Of a DNA stretch of 64,000 bases, positions 63,699-64,000 are shown piece after piece. The stretch comes from TPA_inf: Saccharomyces (lineage: Eukaryota): positions 640,001 to 704,000 of the forward strand of contig BK006947.3 in assembly GCA_000146045.2 (NCBI GenBank), read 5' to 3'. Position numbers and translations under genes: made by a program. The first letter of the stretch is position 1; every line of letters begins with the position of its first letter. A model generated the notes under the pieces. That model saw only the letters and a program-made list of their open reading frames with translations, did not search any database and was not told the DNA's origin.

Positions 63699-64000
63699 AT
63701 GACATTATCTTTCGCTCATTTTACCTACCTGTTCACAATATTGTTGGGATTAACTAATATTGCCTTGGCATCTGATCCAGAAACGATTCTAGTGACGATA
63801 ACCAAGACAAACGATGCAAATGGGGTTGTTACAACTACAGTTTCACCCGCGCTAGTCTCCACATCCACTATCGTTCAAGCTGGCACTACGACATTGTATA
63901 CGACTTGGTGTCCATTGACGGTATCCACTTCATCTGCTGCCGAAATAAGTCCTTCAATATCGTACGCTACTACCCTATCCAGATTTAGTACTTTGACATT
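63699..64000 (+). CDS. AGA1: a-agglutinin anchor subunit Aga1, N-terminal ~100 codons (continues beyond window end)
   Basis: ATG at 63699 gives MTLSFAHFTYLFTILLGLTNIALA (signal peptide) followed by Ser/Thr-rich sequence; PRE elements upstream. Confidence 0.88.
   Translation, partial: MTLSFAHFTYLFTILLGLTNIALASDPETILVTITKTNDANGVVTTTVSPALVSTSTIVQAGTTTLYTTWCPLTVSTSSAAEISPSISYATTLSRFSTLT

Overview
This window is a ~64 kb stretch of the Saccharomyces cerevisiae chromosome XIV right arm, running from the 5' end of ATG3 (YNR007C, cut at the window start) to the 5' end of AGA1 (YNR044W, cut at the window end). I see no evidence in the sequence of a novel multi-gene system. I identified it by translating the ORF track and matching the N-termini, lengths and signature motifs to proteins I know. 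Examples are the LRO1 HSMGS lipase motif, the ARE2 FYGDWWN MBOAT motif, the ATP23 HExxH motif, the PPG1 GDxHG/GDxVDRG/RGNHE motifs, the ACC1 biotin carboxylase/carboxyltransferase regions and the YNR029C CobW GCxCC motif. I call 37 intact protein-coding genes plus 2 dubious overlapping ORFs, and every gene length equals the reference protein length I remember. The ORF track evidently accepts TTG/GTG starts, because several track starts are not ATG. I therefore reset 14 gene starts (CSE2, PHO91, TIM23, ARE2, ATP23, SEC12, BUD17, ALG12, HUB1, ABZ1, YNR034W-A, RSM19, DBP6, MVD1) and that of the dubious ORF YNR042W to the first ATG that reproduces the known N-terminus. No rRNA, tRNA, Ty/LTR, CRISPR or centromere/telomere signals were found. 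I recognised no introns. The hunt findings are therefore at regulatory-motif and repeat scale, and most of them recover plausible biology for neighbouring known genes. They are: an MCB cluster forming a terminator-like hairpin before NRM1; PAC/RRPE pairs before DBP6 and in the PRP2/URK1 promoter; a perfect Zap1 ZRE before ZRG17; STRE clusters before YNR014W and YNR034W-A; pheromone-response elements before AGA1; an unusually long ACC1-TIM23 intergenic region with repeats and a GC-rich block; and several microsatellites and homopolymer tracts.
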